Origin: a virus
Virus record (IMG/VR): IMGVR_UViG_3300021962_000027
Reading direction: 5' to 3' (one strand)
Length of the DNA stretch: 64,000 bases
Every line of letters starts with the position of its first letter. Position 1 is the first letter of the stretch. Of the stretch, positions 32,937 to 42,924 are shown piece by piece. The translations under genes were made by a program, and so were the position numbers. The notes under the pieces were generated by a model. That model was not told the origin of the DNA, did not search any database, and saw only the letters and a program-made list of their open reading frames with translations.

Positions 32937-33555
32937 AGCACTAGACTGGATCTTTTTTAAGATAAGATACACATTATATGTGATTTCTGGTAAAATTTTT
33001 ACCAGAAAACCCAAAAAATACATCATGTTTTTTGTTGGTAAATACCCCGACAACTTTAAACACGGTTTAAAGCCAATTTTGGATAATGACCATCAATTGA
33101 AATGGATTTTTGGCCCAGCTTCAATAATATTAATCTTTCACTCAAAAGAAAAGATGAAGTATTTAAATAGCTTTTTTAAAAAAATGTATTCTGAATATAG
33201 TGAATCATTCTTTTTATTTGATATTACAAAGGAAAAATATAGTAAACATGTAACGGAAGGTTATTATAAACACCTTTATTTAGATGGACCAAAAAAGCAT
33301 AATGAAATCGTGTTAAATAAGATTCAGTATTTTGTTGATTTAGTGGCTAAAGCTAGGGAGCAATATATTGAGATGTTAAATGAGGAGATCAAAAACGCCA
33401 GTGATAGCAAATCTAATGAAGAGGATGTTAAAATTAACATGGACATAATCGATCCAATCCTCGACAAGATAATTGAATATGGTTATGATAGTTTAACCGA
33501 AGAAGAAAAAATAATTTTAAAAAAATACAAAACGGATAATGATACAGAAAATTGA
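32929..33555 (+). CDS. Hypothetical protein with C-terminal DUF6576-like helical motif
   Basis: C-term IDPILDKIIEYGYDSLTEEEK. Confidence 0.6.
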   Translation: MNKALDWIFFKIRYTLYVISGKIFTRKPKKYIMFFVGKYPDNFKHGLKPILDNDHQLKWIFGPASIILIFHSKEKMKYLNSFFKKMYSEYSESFFLFDITKEKYSKHVTEGYYKHLYLDGPKKHNEIVLNKIQYFVDLVAKAREQYIEMLNEEIKNASDSKSNEEDVKINMDIIDPILDKIIEYGYDSLTEEEKIILKKYKTDNDTEN

Positions 33556-34345
33556 CACATCGCATTGGATCGATCAAAGAGAAATCGCTAATTACTTACA
33601 GGATGTAAGAAAACACGAGCCACTAACAAGGCTTGAGGAGCATACACTATTAAAGGACATTAGATTGGGTAAACCAGGTTCTAAAGAAAAGTTAATCTAT
33701 TCTAACCTTAGATATGTTATTACCGTAGCTAAACAATACCAAAACCAGGGTTTAACGCTTCAGGACTTAATTTCTGAAGGTAATTACGGTTTACTCAAAG
33801 CAGCGGAAAGGTTTAATTATGAGCAAGATGAGGTGAGATTTTTATCTTACGCAATTTGGTGGGTTAAACAGTCTATTATACAATCATTACATGATAATTC
33901 TAGAATGATCAGATTACCGATTAATGTAATTAATGATGTTCGTAAAGCTAACAAAGAGGCTCAGAAAAATTTTACGGAACAATCACACGCTGAAAATGTT
34001 AATAATTTTAGTCATTTACCATCTGTTGATAGGCTCGATGACCGTTATGATGAAGAGGGTTTGTCCCTATATGATATTATCGCTGATGCTTCTTCAATAA
34101 GACCTGATGATGCCTATGATAACGATAAAGCCAACCTGAATAGAGCCTTAGCGCAAGTGTTAAAACAATTAACAGAAACAGAACGTTTAGTTATAACGAG
34201 ATATTTTGGTTTAGATGGTGATGAATGTACTTTACAGGAAATATCAGAAGATCTTGAGTTAACAAAAGAGCGTGTTAGACAAATTAAAGAAAAAGCGATT
34301 AAAAAATTACGCTTTTATTCAGGTGGTATTTTTGATTTATTGTAA
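33539..34345 (+). CDS. Sigma-70 factor, RpoD-like (Bacteroidota type lacking region 1.1)
   Basis: NLRYVITVAKQYQNQGL..DLISEGN.GL.KAAERF, SYAIWW.KQSI, region 4 LTKERVRQIKEKA. Confidence 0.95.
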   Translation: MIQKIDTSHWIDQREIANYLQDVRKHEPLTRLEEHTLLKDIRLGKPGSKEKLIYSNLRYVITVAKQYQNQGLTLQDLISEGNYGLLKAAERFNYEQDEVRFLSYAIWWVKQSIIQSLHDNSRMIRLPINVINDVRKANKEAQKNFTEQSHAENVNNFSHLPSVDRLDDRYDEEGLSLYDIIADASSIRPDDAYDNDKANLNRALAQVLKQLTETERLVITRYFGLDGDECTLQEISEDLELTKERVRQIKEKAIKKLRFYSGGIFDLL

Positions 34346-34363
34346 TTTTTATTAAAAACTAAA

Positions 34364-34371
34364 TATTTATA
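34364..34371 (+). promoter_or_regulatory. TATTTATA putative late promoter
   Basis: In the gap after the sigma gene, just before the ATG at 34375. Confidence 0.5.
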
Positions 34372-34374
34372 AGT

Positions 34375-34719
34375 ATGGAAAAGATAAAAAACTTTTTTAG
34401 TAAGCATGGGCTTATTGCATTTATTACACTATTCTTAATCATGGGGATGCGTGGGTGTATTAAAAATAGTAAAATTAATAAATTAGAAAAAGAAAAAACA
34501 AAGCTTGAGGCTAGTGTTGATTCTTTAAATAATTTAGTTATGGGTCCAGAACAGAAAAAAACAATTGAATGGTCTTATGGTATTGACGTCTATAATCTTG
34601 TTAATGATGAGATATCAAAATTAGATCGTACAGATCAAATGAAATCATTCCAACAAGGAATTATCATAAAAAATAGAACTATTCTTACGGATAGCCTAAC
34701 TAGATTGAAAAACAAGTAA
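34375..34719 (+). CDS. Membrane-anchored coiled-coil protein (possible lipoprotein/spanin-like)
   Basis: N-terminal hydrophobic helix ending in MRGC, then a coiled coil. Confidence 0.5.
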   Translation: MEKIKNFFSKHGLIAFITLFLIMGMRGCIKNSKINKLEKEKTKLEASVDSLNNLVMGPEQKKTIEWSYGIDVYNLVNDEISKLDRTDQMKSFQQGIIIKNRTILTDSLTRLKNK

Positions 34720-34723
34720 AAAA

Positions 34724-36256
34724 ATGTTAATATTTAAACACACAAAATCATCAGTTAATGAGGCTTTAACTTTAGCTAAAGTCGTTAAAGATCAATTCGG
34801 GGCAAACAGAGTTATTGTTGTTTCCGATTTAGAGGATCAAAATTTAGCAACTAAAGAGGTAATCGCTGCTAAAGATATATTAAAAAGAAATGGTTTTATG
34901 TGGGATAACACCAACAAGCAATGGTGGTTAAACGATAAATTCAAATCGATTGAAACCGTTATCGAAATAGCTAAAAAAGCTGTTGCTGAGGCTAATAAAT
35001 CATTGGGTGGGTCAAATGAAGCTAACGAGTTTATTCAAAAACTTGAGGATGTTAAAGACGCCATTAAAGCGGCACCGATTTCACCTGAGACTGATGTGAC
35101 AAAAGATGATCTTGTAAAAAAGATTGAAGGATTTATTAACGAGTTGGCTGATGAAGTTGATAGTGTTACTTTAACTGGTAAGATTAAAGAATATTTCGAC
35201 TGGATCGCACAATTCCCTGGTTATTCATTTAATAACCAAATTTTAATTTACATCCAAAAAAGAGATGCAACAAAAGTTAATTCAAAATCTGGTTGGGCTA
35301 AATTAGGTTACACACCTAAAGAAAACGCACAACAGATTATTATCTGGAGACCAACACTTAAACCACCAACAGCTGGTGTCAAAAAACAGAGGAAAGAAGA
35401 ATTCATGAAGAAGTTTGGTAAAGGTGGTAAACTTTCACCAGAGATGGAGAAAAAAATGGAAAAAATGATCAATGATCCAATTCCAATGATGCCATTTGTA
35501 CTATACCCCGTTTATGATATAAGTGAAGTTGTTAACGATCAAGGTGAGGGTGCGGCTTCTATGGAAAAACCAAAATTAGATTGGTTCAGTACTGAAGAAA
35601 ATGCGGTCGCTGATAAGATCTTTGATGCAATGGTTAAGGTATATGAAGACTTTGGCATTGACTTCGCTGTAGAAGACGCTAAAGGTGGTGAAAAGGGTTA
35701 TTCAGCTGGTGGTAAGATTAGAATCTCTAGTGATACTGTTGGTATCGGAAAAGCTTCAGTAGCGGTACACGAATTTGCTCACGAATTAATGCACCAAACA
35801 TACCTTAAGACAAAAGCCGAAGCTGAAAAAGCTGGGGGTTCTGAAACTACTTTAGGTGAAAAGGGTAAACACATTATAGATGCTTATGTTGGTAGAAACT
35901 TTTCAGAGATTTTAGAACTACAAGCCGAATCAGTCGCATATGTTGTTCTAAAATCATTTGATGTACCAGGTTTGAAATACGCTGTTAACTATATTGCTCT
36001 TTGGAAGGGTACTAAAGATAGTATTATTGGTAATTTGGATGTAATCACAACAACGGCAAACATTATCATCAAGAGTATTAACAAACATATTGTTATGGAT
36101 GAGGCTGAAGAGCAAGCAATCCACGGTGATTTGGTTACCCAAGGTGATGTTGCAAAGCTTTTAAAAGCACCTATCGGTAAAAAAGAACCAACAATTGATG
36201 AGGTTATTGATGAAATAAATGAAGCTAGGAATATATTCAAAACAATTTTAAATTAA
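34724..36256 (+). CDS. ArdC-like ssDNA-binding domain + ImmA/IrrE-type zinc metallopeptidase
   Basis: YSFNNQILIYIQ..AT.V....W.KLG..IIIWRP..F..VYDISE, followed by HEFAH..ELQAESVAYVV..YIALW. Confidence 0.8.
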   Translation: MLIFKHTKSSVNEALTLAKVVKDQFGANRVIVVSDLEDQNLATKEVIAAKDILKRNGFMWDNTNKQWWLNDKFKSIETVIEIAKKAVAEANKSLGGSNEANEFIQKLEDVKDAIKAAPISPETDVTKDDLVKKIEGFINELADEVDSVTLTGKIKEYFDWIAQFPGYSFNNQILIYIQKRDATKVNSKSGWAKLGYTPKENAQQIIIWRPTLKPPTAGVKKQRKEEFMKKFGKGGKLSPEMEKKMEKMINDPIPMMPFVLYPVYDISEVVNDQGEGAASMEKPKLDWFSTEENAVADKIFDAMVKVYEDFGIDFAVEDAKGGEKGYSAGGKIRISSDTVGIGKASVAVHEFAHELMHQTYLKTKAEAEKAGGSETTLGEKGKHIIDAYVGRNFSEILELQAESVAYVVLKSFDVPGLKYAVNYIALWKGTKDSIIGNLDVITTTANIIIKSINKHIVMDEAEEQAIHGDLVTQGDVAKLLKAPIGKKEPTIDEVIDEINEARNIFKTILN

Positions 36257-37149
36257 TGCAAAAGGAGAATAAATTAACCAGAAATTTTATAATCGGGACA
36301 TTTGTTACGTTATATGTGATGGTATCTTTGATATCGACTATTCACGTAATCGATTTCTTCGAATTATCAAACCCTAGGTGGTTAGCTATTACGTTAGCGA
36401 TATCATTTGAAGTTGGTGCAGCTGCATCATTAGCCTCTATAATAGCGCTTAAAAAAATGAATAAAGGGATTGTATGGATTTTATTCTTTATTTTAACAGC
36501 TATGCAAGCTATGGGAAACGCTTTTTTTGCATACACCCATTTAAATAACTACCAAGAATGGATTGAATTATTTGGGTTGATTGATAGCGAACTTATTGAA
36601 CAAAAAAGAATACTATCAATTGTAAGCGGTGCTATTTTACCGTTAGTGGCTTTAGGTTTTATCAAATCGTTAGTGGATTATATAAGACCAGATGAGGGAG
36701 TAACTGAGGGAGTAAATCCGCAAATTACTGACGCTGTGACTCAAGTTACTAATGAGGTGATCACTGATGTGGAATTAGAGTCTGAAACCAATGAATCAAA
36801 CGTGTTAGATGAAACTAACATTGAAATTGGTTTTGAAGATGAGGGTGATGATAATGAATTATTCGAATTGATTGATAAAGTTAAAATATTAAATCCAGAG
36901 AATTATTTAGAAGATATAACAGAAGATGATTATTCTGAAGAAGAGCATTTGTTAAACTTACAGAATGAACTAATAGAAGAGGAAGGGGAAGCACCTATTG
37001 AAAATATTGTGGAAGAGAAAAAAGAAGAATCTGAAATTATTAATAATGAGGATAAAGAAAATTATTCGGTTTATGATAAAACAGAGGAAATGGTTAAGAA
37101 TAATTCAGTAGAGAATATTATGGTGTTTACTAAAAATGGTGATAAATAA
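36256..37149 (+). CDS. Four-TM membrane protein with a highly acidic tail
   Basis: Four hydrophobic segments in the first ~140 aa; E/D-rich C-terminal half. Confidence 0.65.
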   Translation: MQKENKLTRNFIIGTFVTLYVMVSLISTIHVIDFFELSNPRWLAITLAISFEVGAAASLASIIALKKMNKGIVWILFFILTAMQAMGNAFFAYTHLNNYQEWIELFGLIDSELIEQKRILSIVSGAILPLVALGFIKSLVDYIRPDEGVTEGVNPQITDAVTQVTNEVITDVELESETNESNVLDETNIEIGFEDEGDDNELFELIDKVKILNPENYLEDITEDDYSEEEHLLNLQNELIEEEGEAPIENIVEEKKEESEIINNEDKENYSVYDKTEEMVKNNSVENIMVFTKNGDK

Positions 37150-37756
37150 AGAATATTATTTTGATGATATTGAACATATTCAAAAAAATAGAACAAAAAA
37201 GAAACAAATAATACTTTTAAACACATCTTGTGAAAAAGATGATTATTTTAAAAAAATTAAAACACGGTATAACGGTAAATATAACCGATTACCGTGTTTT
37301 TTTATTTCTAGAACTGGCGAAGTTTACCAACACTTTAATCCCGTCTATTATTCTAAATTAATGGAAGGGTTTCAAATAGAGAAACACTCAATAACGATAG
37401 CGCTTGAAAACGTTGGCTGGTTATTCAATGACACATTAAATAATAAAGTATTAACTTGGAGTGGTTCTGAGTATAGTGGTGAAATTATTGAAATACCGTG
37501 GAGAAATAAAAAATACTGGGCAACATATACAGATGAACAGTATACGAAACTTGCGGAAATAATAGACTATTTATGTATAAAGCATAACATAATAAAGGAT
37601 TTTATCGGAAATAATGTTGTGATAAATAAAGCTAACAATTATAGGGGTGTTTTAAATAGAAGTAATTATAGTAAAAATTATTATGATTTATCACCAGCTA
37701 TGGATTTTAAAAAATTAAATGAATTAATTAACAAAGAATATGAGCATGAACTTTAA
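37136..37756 (+). CDS. N-acetylmuramoyl-L-alanine amidase (Amidase_2) fold, catalytically degenerate
   Basis: F.ISRTGEVYQ, SITIALEN.G, YTDEQY..L, DLSP are retained; the Zn-ligand His positions are replaced. Confidence 0.7.
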   Translation: MVINKEYYFDDIEHIQKNRTKKKQIILLNTSCEKDDYFKKIKTRYNGKYNRLPCFFISRTGEVYQHFNPVYYSKLMEGFQIEKHSITIALENVGWLFNDTLNNKVLTWSGSEYSGEIIEIPWRNKKYWATYTDEQYTKLAEIIDYLCIKHNIIKDFIGNNVVINKANNYRGVLNRSNYSKNYYDLSPAMDFKKLNELINKEYEHEL

Positions 37757-38276
37757 TCACGATAGAAATTACGATGATATTAAATCATTATTAGAAAAAG
37801 TTAGAAAAGCTAATCTAAATGAGGATGTGGATATGATAAAAACACAACCAGATGACCTAACTTCTGATAAAGAAGGTGAAAAAATGCAATTTGACGGTAT
37901 AAACACAGTTGGGTATTTAAGTAAATCAGAGGATATTCAGTTATCAGACCAATCCAAAAATGAGTTTGAAAAAGCCGTTGGTGATTTAATTAAAGCAACA
38001 GGGATATTAACACCATATATTAATGTCAGAATTGAAAATGGTCGTGTTATCATAACAGTTGATGTAATAAAAAACCCTTCTTTAGAAAGTGTTAAAGAAT
38101 TAGTTATCGATACAGATAATGAAGATCCGATCGTTAATTTAGTTGGTGGAACATTGACTTTAAACCAAGATCTATTAAATTTATTAAATACTATAAGTAG
38201 GACATATAACGACCCACAAATTGGTAGAAATAATTTGGTTAAATCAACAACAACCAATAGTACAGAAGAATTATAA
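37740..38276 (+). CDS. Hypothetical protein (putative head-internal, LNE site)
   Basis: 178 aa, coupled ORF; DIKSLLEKVRKANLNE start. Confidence 0.55.
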   Translation: MSMNFNHDRNYDDIKSLLEKVRKANLNEDVDMIKTQPDDLTSDKEGEKMQFDGINTVGYLSKSEDIQLSDQSKNEFEKAVGDLIKATGILTPYINVRIENGRVIITVDVIKNPSLESVKELVIDTDNEDPIVNLVGGTLTLNQDLLNLLNTISRTYNDPQIGRNNLVKSTTTNSTEEL

Positions 38277-38277
38277 T

Positions 38278-39102
38278 ATGGAATTTTTAAAACAATTATG
38301 GAATAATAGACAATTTATAGCTGGTATGCTATTAATTCTATTTTTAGTCCTATTTTTAAGACAATGTGGTGAAACAAGAAGGTTAAAAGATGAAATAAAA
38401 GAAACAAAACATATAGCTAACCAAAATATCGCAGCTTTAGGTGATAAAGAGATACAACTTAGAGTTACAAAAGATCAGTTACTAATAATCGATTCAAGCT
38501 TACATAAAGCGCTTGTTAAAATTGATTCTTTAAAAAATATTAAATCAAAAACCATAACTATTGCACAACCAGTTTATATAACAAAAAATGTTATAGTACC
38601 ATCTGAGTTTATATTCGATAGTATAAATAATAAATATGGTTTAGGTTTTAAAAGCACCGATTTAGTTAGATCTATAAATGGCACCTCTTGGTTTAGATTA
38701 GATAATACTAAAGAGACTTTGAAGGTTATACCAGAAAACACCAACATAACTGATTTTAAGTTAAATTTCGCATTAGTTATATCGCAATATGATGATAACA
38801 TAACGAAATATACGAGAACAAAGATTGTACCTTTTAATGTTAATGAGAATGGTGATCTTGGTGATGAAATCCCAGAATCTTTATTAAAAATTAATTTTAG
38901 AAATGCAGAGATATTGGATAAACCTTTTGAAGAACCTAAACCTAGTAATCCAGTTGTTAAACCAAAAATGTTTAACACAGGTTTCGGTCTATCAATCAGC
39001 CCGTTGGCCTTTGGTATCGTACCTGGGGTGAACAATACCGTTAGGTTTGCATGGACACCTAATATTGGTTTATCTTATTGTATAACTTTTCGTAAAAAAT
39101 AA
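38278..39102 (+). CDS. Membrane-anchored coiled-coil protein (possible lipoprotein/spanin-like)
   Basis: ATG at 38278; TM helix ending in LRQC, coiled coil, C-terminal beta hairpin. Confidence 0.55.
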   Translation: MEFLKQLWNNRQFIAGMLLILFLVLFLRQCGETRRLKDEIKETKHIANQNIAALGDKEIQLRVTKDQLLIIDSSLHKALVKIDSLKNIKSKTITIAQPVYITKNVIVPSEFIFDSINNKYGLGFKSTDLVRSINGTSWFRLDNTKETLKVIPENTNITDFKLNFALVISQYDDNITKYTRTKIVPFNVNENGDLGDEIPESLLKINFRNAEILDKPFEEPKPSNPVVKPKMFNTGFGLSISPLAFGIVPGVNNTVRFAWTPNIGLSYCITFRKK

Positions 39103-39104
39103 AC

Positions 39105-39112
39105 TATTTATA
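39105..39112 (+). promoter_or_regulatory. TATTTATA putative late promoter
   Basis: In the 25-bp gap before 39128. Confidence 0.55.
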
Positions 39113-39127
39113 GTATATTAAAGTGCT

Positions 39128-39466
39128 ATGAAAATTAAAATCACGGAAAGTCAGTTGGATCAATACTTGAAAGAGTGTTTAATTGAGATGGACGATAAAT
39201 CTAATCTTAGTGAATCTTTATCCCCATCGGATAAAAGCGATATTAAGGTTATGATTAAAAAAGAAATTAAAGATTTCCTTGATATTACCAGAGGTTCCCA
39301 ATTTGAAACCAAGGTTAAAGATATTGTTAAAGATAGTCTTAAAACGAATAAAGATTTTGAAAATAAAGTTGTTGAGATAACTAGAAACGTACTCGTACAA
39401 CTATATAAACAATTGTGGACCAGAAGAAGTTTCTGGGTAAATGACCTTAGAAATTCACCTAACTAA
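39128..39466 (+). CDS. Hypothetical protein, MKIKITESQL-type (putative head-internal)
   Basis: 112 aa; ITE/LKE/LIE/LSE motifs. Confidence 0.6.
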   Translation: MKIKITESQLDQYLKECLIEMDDKSNLSESLSPSDKSDIKVMIKKEIKDFLDITRGSQFETKVKDIVKDSLKTNKDFENKVVEITRNVLVQLYKQLWTRRSFWVNDLRNSPN

Positions 39467-42333
39467 TGAAAAAAGAGGATTTTTTAAATAACATTAAATT
39501 TAAAGTAACAGAACTTGAGGAATCAGCTTCTGTTGGTTCTGTTTTAGGTGATCCTGGCAGTCCAACCTATGGTGGTTTTATTGGACCATTAGGTAGAATT
39601 TCAAAAAGAAAATTAAATAGTAGGTTATTTAGTACTTGGGGTGATTCTAGCGTTAAAAACGGTAGCGGTAAAGGTAGAATTGTGGAACCACCACAAGGTC
39701 ACGTAAAAGAGCATATCTACAGTGTGGAAGGTGAAATGGTTACCGAAGGGAATTTATTAGAATGGTTTGGTGGAGATTTAAAACAAAAACCAGCTTTTGA
39801 TGGTGGTAAATTAGTAACAATCGAACCAAAATGTTTGGCATTCCCATATTGTTCACAAGGTGCTATCGATAAACCAATTAAACTTATCGGTGAGACTAAA
39901 GAACATATGTGTGAAAGTTGCTATGGATACTGTTCACATATCGCAGAAGAAACTGGTAAATCACCAGAGTACATCGCAAAATTAATCAGAGAAAAATATT
40001 TAAGCGAAAACAGTAACTTAGAAAGTGTTTATGAACCAGCAAAACCTATCGCTGAGATTAAACCGATTGTTCATCAATTAGATGAATCAATTGAATTACA
40101 AAAAGAAATAATAAATAACAATAATATAGAAAATACAAATACTATGGAAAACATACAAATGACACCCGAATTGGCATCAAAATGCATGGAAGGTATTATG
40201 AAAAATAATGAGCTAGCTGAATGCATGTACGAAACTTTGGTTTCCGAAGGTTTCTTATCTGAAAGTCTTGAAGAGGGTGATACATATGAAAACCAATGTA
40301 CAGGTATGATGGAAGATGCTGAAATATGCATGGAAATGGTTAAAGCTTGTGGTATGAATGAAAGCGATTGCGCTAAAAAAGTTAATGAGGGTATTAGATC
40401 ATTCTTTTACGGTGATCCGATGGATGAGTTTAAAACATTTTTAAGAAAAATCGGTAAAGATGAATCAATAGCTGATGCCATTGCTAATGAAGATGATATT
40501 AATGTTAAACAAGCTATGTTCCTATCTGCTATCGGTAACGATGAATCTAATTTTGTTGGTAAAGTTGGTACTAGAGCTAAAGACATAAAACACGCTTTAG
40601 GGTTAATCGATATTGAGACTAGAGACGCTAATCGTGGTATAGGCGCAATGCATAAATCATTCAACAATGAAGGTATGGAGATGGAAGAAGGTGAAGGTAT
40701 TAACCCAGCTATCTACGACCAGTTAAAAGATTGTATTGAAAAGGGTCATTCTTATGAAGAGGCTAAACAACACGTTGCTGACGCTGTTGATGGTTGGGAC
40801 CTTTCAATGGAAGATTATAGCGAAGCTAAAAAACAGTTCGGTAAAGACCATAGAGATGGTGTTGAATTGGAAGAAGGTGAGGGAGAAGGAAGTAGATATA
40901 TGTTCTTCTCAAACCTAGAGCAAATTAAAAACCAAGCTGAAAAATTATTATCACTTGATCATGATAGAATTGAAGCTATGTTAAATAGTGGTCATGATTG
41001 GGCTGCTGATCATATCGCAACATCTAAAGAAACTTTGGATCACGCCTTTGATTTCATCACAAATGAGATGGAAGATAACAACGAACCAGAAGGTGAGCAA
41101 TTACCAGTGGCGGTTGGACCAGTAGGTCCTGAGGGTCCAACGGACGAGTTAATGGAGTATAATGATGAAGCTGATGTTGAGGATGACGTAGAAGTTAAAT
41201 CTGATAGCCAACAATACGAAAAAGAAATAAAACTTGTTACTCAATACATGAATGACATTGAGCGTGCTTTGAATAAAGTTGGAGCCGCTTTATCATCTGA
41301 AGATATTAAAGGTGCATTTAATCAATACTTCTCATCTTTTGAATCCAGTAAAGATATTAATGCCGACCAATTTATTTCTTTCTTGGGTAAAAATTCTGAA
41401 GAAAGTGCTGTTGAGTACTATGACAGATTATTTTCTAAGGGTCAACCACAAAGCGTATTAACATTATTAACATCACCAACAAAAAGAGAGTTTTTAAATA
41501 AGACTGGTTTGATGATGGATGATAACTTAACAGATGCTTTGGATCTTGTTGATGAAATGCAACCTAGAATCGCTAGAAAAATCGATTTCGTTAGAGAATA
41601 CGAGGAAAGAAAAGATAAAAAGATAAATAAAGATTTTGATAATGATGATGATTTTTCTGATGAAAAAGAACCATCAATGAGAGATTTGAAAAATATCGAA
41701 AAAATGGGTAATCTTGATGTTGATACTGATGATGATTTCCTAGAAGAAGCTGAATTAGCTAAATTTACCGCTAAAAAAGGTAAAAATGTTGATACGGAAA
41801 ACGCTAAGAATGAAAAAGAAGCTGAGGAAATGATTAAGGATGCTGAGAAAACACAAGAAACAACTGAAGAAAAAGTTGATAACTTGAAAAACCAAAAACA
41901 TATAAATAGCACCAGAGAAGAGGAAATCGCATTAAGACAACACGGTAGAAATAGTATGTTGGATTTAGACTACGGTAATGATAGTCAGGAAGATTTCAAA
42001 GATAGAATTGAAAAAGAAGCTAATGGTTTACCTGATAAAGAAGGTGAGGCTAATGTTGATTACGATTCTAAAGGTGGTGAAAAGTTGATGAAAGCTGTTA
42101 AAGCCAGAAGACCTGAAAGAGATATGGACTATGGTTCAAAAGGTCTTAATATCGATAAAGATTTCGCATATGAAAGAAGTGACGCTTTGAAAGAAGCTGT
42201 TGATAGCCAACTTGACAGAATGAAAAAAATGTTCACATACGATCAAAATATAATTAACGAAGAAAAAAAGGTAAAACAAATCAATGAAAATGATATTTTC
42301 TGGACTTCAGTAAGTAAGAAAAAATTATTATAA
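39466..42333 (+). CDS. Large acidic multi-module protein (putative head-internal/scaffold polyprotein)
   Basis: 955 aa, very E/D-rich; many (L/I/V/M)xE sites separate small modules. Confidence 0.6.
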   Translation: MKKEDFLNNIKFKVTELEESASVGSVLGDPGSPTYGGFIGPLGRISKRKLNSRLFSTWGDSSVKNGSGKGRIVEPPQGHVKEHIYSVEGEMVTEGNLLEWFGGDLKQKPAFDGGKLVTIEPKCLAFPYCSQGAIDKPIKLIGETKEHMCESCYGYCSHIAEETGKSPEYIAKLIREKYLSENSNLESVYEPAKPIAEIKPIVHQLDESIELQKEIINNNNIENTNTMENIQMTPELASKCMEGIMKNNELAECMYETLVSEGFLSESLEEGDTYENQCTGMMEDAEICMEMVKACGMNESDCAKKVNEGIRSFFYGDPMDEFKTFLRKIGKDESIADAIANEDDINVKQAMFLSAIGNDESNFVGKVGTRAKDIKHALGLIDIETRDANRGIGAMHKSFNNEGMEMEEGEGINPAIYDQLKDCIEKGHSYEEAKQHVADAVDGWDLSMEDYSEAKKQFGKDHRDGVELEEGEGEGSRYMFFSNLEQIKNQAEKLLSLDHDRIEAMLNSGHDWAADHIATSKETLDHAFDFITNEMEDNNEPEGEQLPVAVGPVGPEGPTDELMEYNDEADVEDDVEVKSDSQQYEKEIKLVTQYMNDIERALNKVGAALSSEDIKGAFNQYFSSFESSKDINADQFISFLGKNSEESAVEYYDRLFSKGQPQSVLTLLTSPTKREFLNKTGLMMDDNLTDALDLVDEMQPRIARKIDFVREYEERKDKKINKDFDNDDDFSDEKEPSMRDLKNIEKMGNLDVDTDDDFLEEAELAKFTAKKGKNVDTENAKNEKEAEEMIKDAEKTQETTEEKVDNLKNQKHINSTREEEIALRQHGRNSMLDLDYGNDSQEDFKDRIEKEANGLPDKEGEANVDYDSKGGEKLMKAVKARRPERDMDYGSKGLNIDKDFAYERSDALKEAVDSQLDRMKKMFTYDQNIINEEKKVKQINENDIFWTSVSKKKLL

Positions 42334-42370
42334 GTGTATCATTTACAATTTTTCAAAAATTTTTAAATTT

Positions 42371-42401
42371 AATAAGGGCTTCACAAAATGAGGCCCTTAT
42401 T
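42371..42401. terminator. Hairpin (probable terminator) overlapping a TATTTAT motif
   Basis: AATAAGGGCTTCA-CAAAA-TGAGGCCCTTATT. Confidence 0.7.
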
Positions 42402-42410
42402 TATTATAAG

Positions 42411-42884
42411 ATGGATAGGGGTAAGATAAATAAATTTTTGGAATACTTTTCAAAACAACTTAGTTTTGAACAGGTAAATTATTTAAATACGATAAATAAC
42501 ATAACACAGGAAAAAGTTGGGTTATTTAAGGACTTCTCAATATCGTTAACACTAATCATAGAAGATAGTTATTTGGGGGACGATGTAATAATACTACAGG
42601 ATGACCAAATAAACCATTTTAATTGGTGTTGGGGTCAAAACATAAAAAATTTTAAAGAGGAACACATCTTTTTTCAAAATAAGGGTGAGCATTATTATTA
42701 TTACCTGGCCTATTTCATGGAAATATATTATGAGAACCCCAATAAAAACAGGGGTTTATTATTAAAGATGGTTAACTTTTGGGATGACATCTTATCAATC
42801 GATATAGCTAAAACAAAATCTGAACATGATCTTTTATGTGAAATATATAAAATCATGGATAAGTATTTTCTAAACAATTATTGA
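42411..42884 (+). CDS. Hypothetical protein
   Basis: 157-aa ORF with ATG start and upstream motif. Confidence 0.6.
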   Translation: MDRGKINKFLEYFSKQLSFEQVNYLNTINNITQEKVGLFKDFSISLTLIIEDSYLGDDVIILQDDQINHFNWCWGQNIKNFKEEHIFFQNKGEHYYYYLAYFMEIYYENPNKNRGLLLKMVNFWDDILSIDIAKTKSEHDLLCEIYKIMDKYFLNNY

Positions 42885-42924
42885 TAATTCAAGTTTTTAT
42901 TCCTATTTTTATAAAAAAGAAAAA

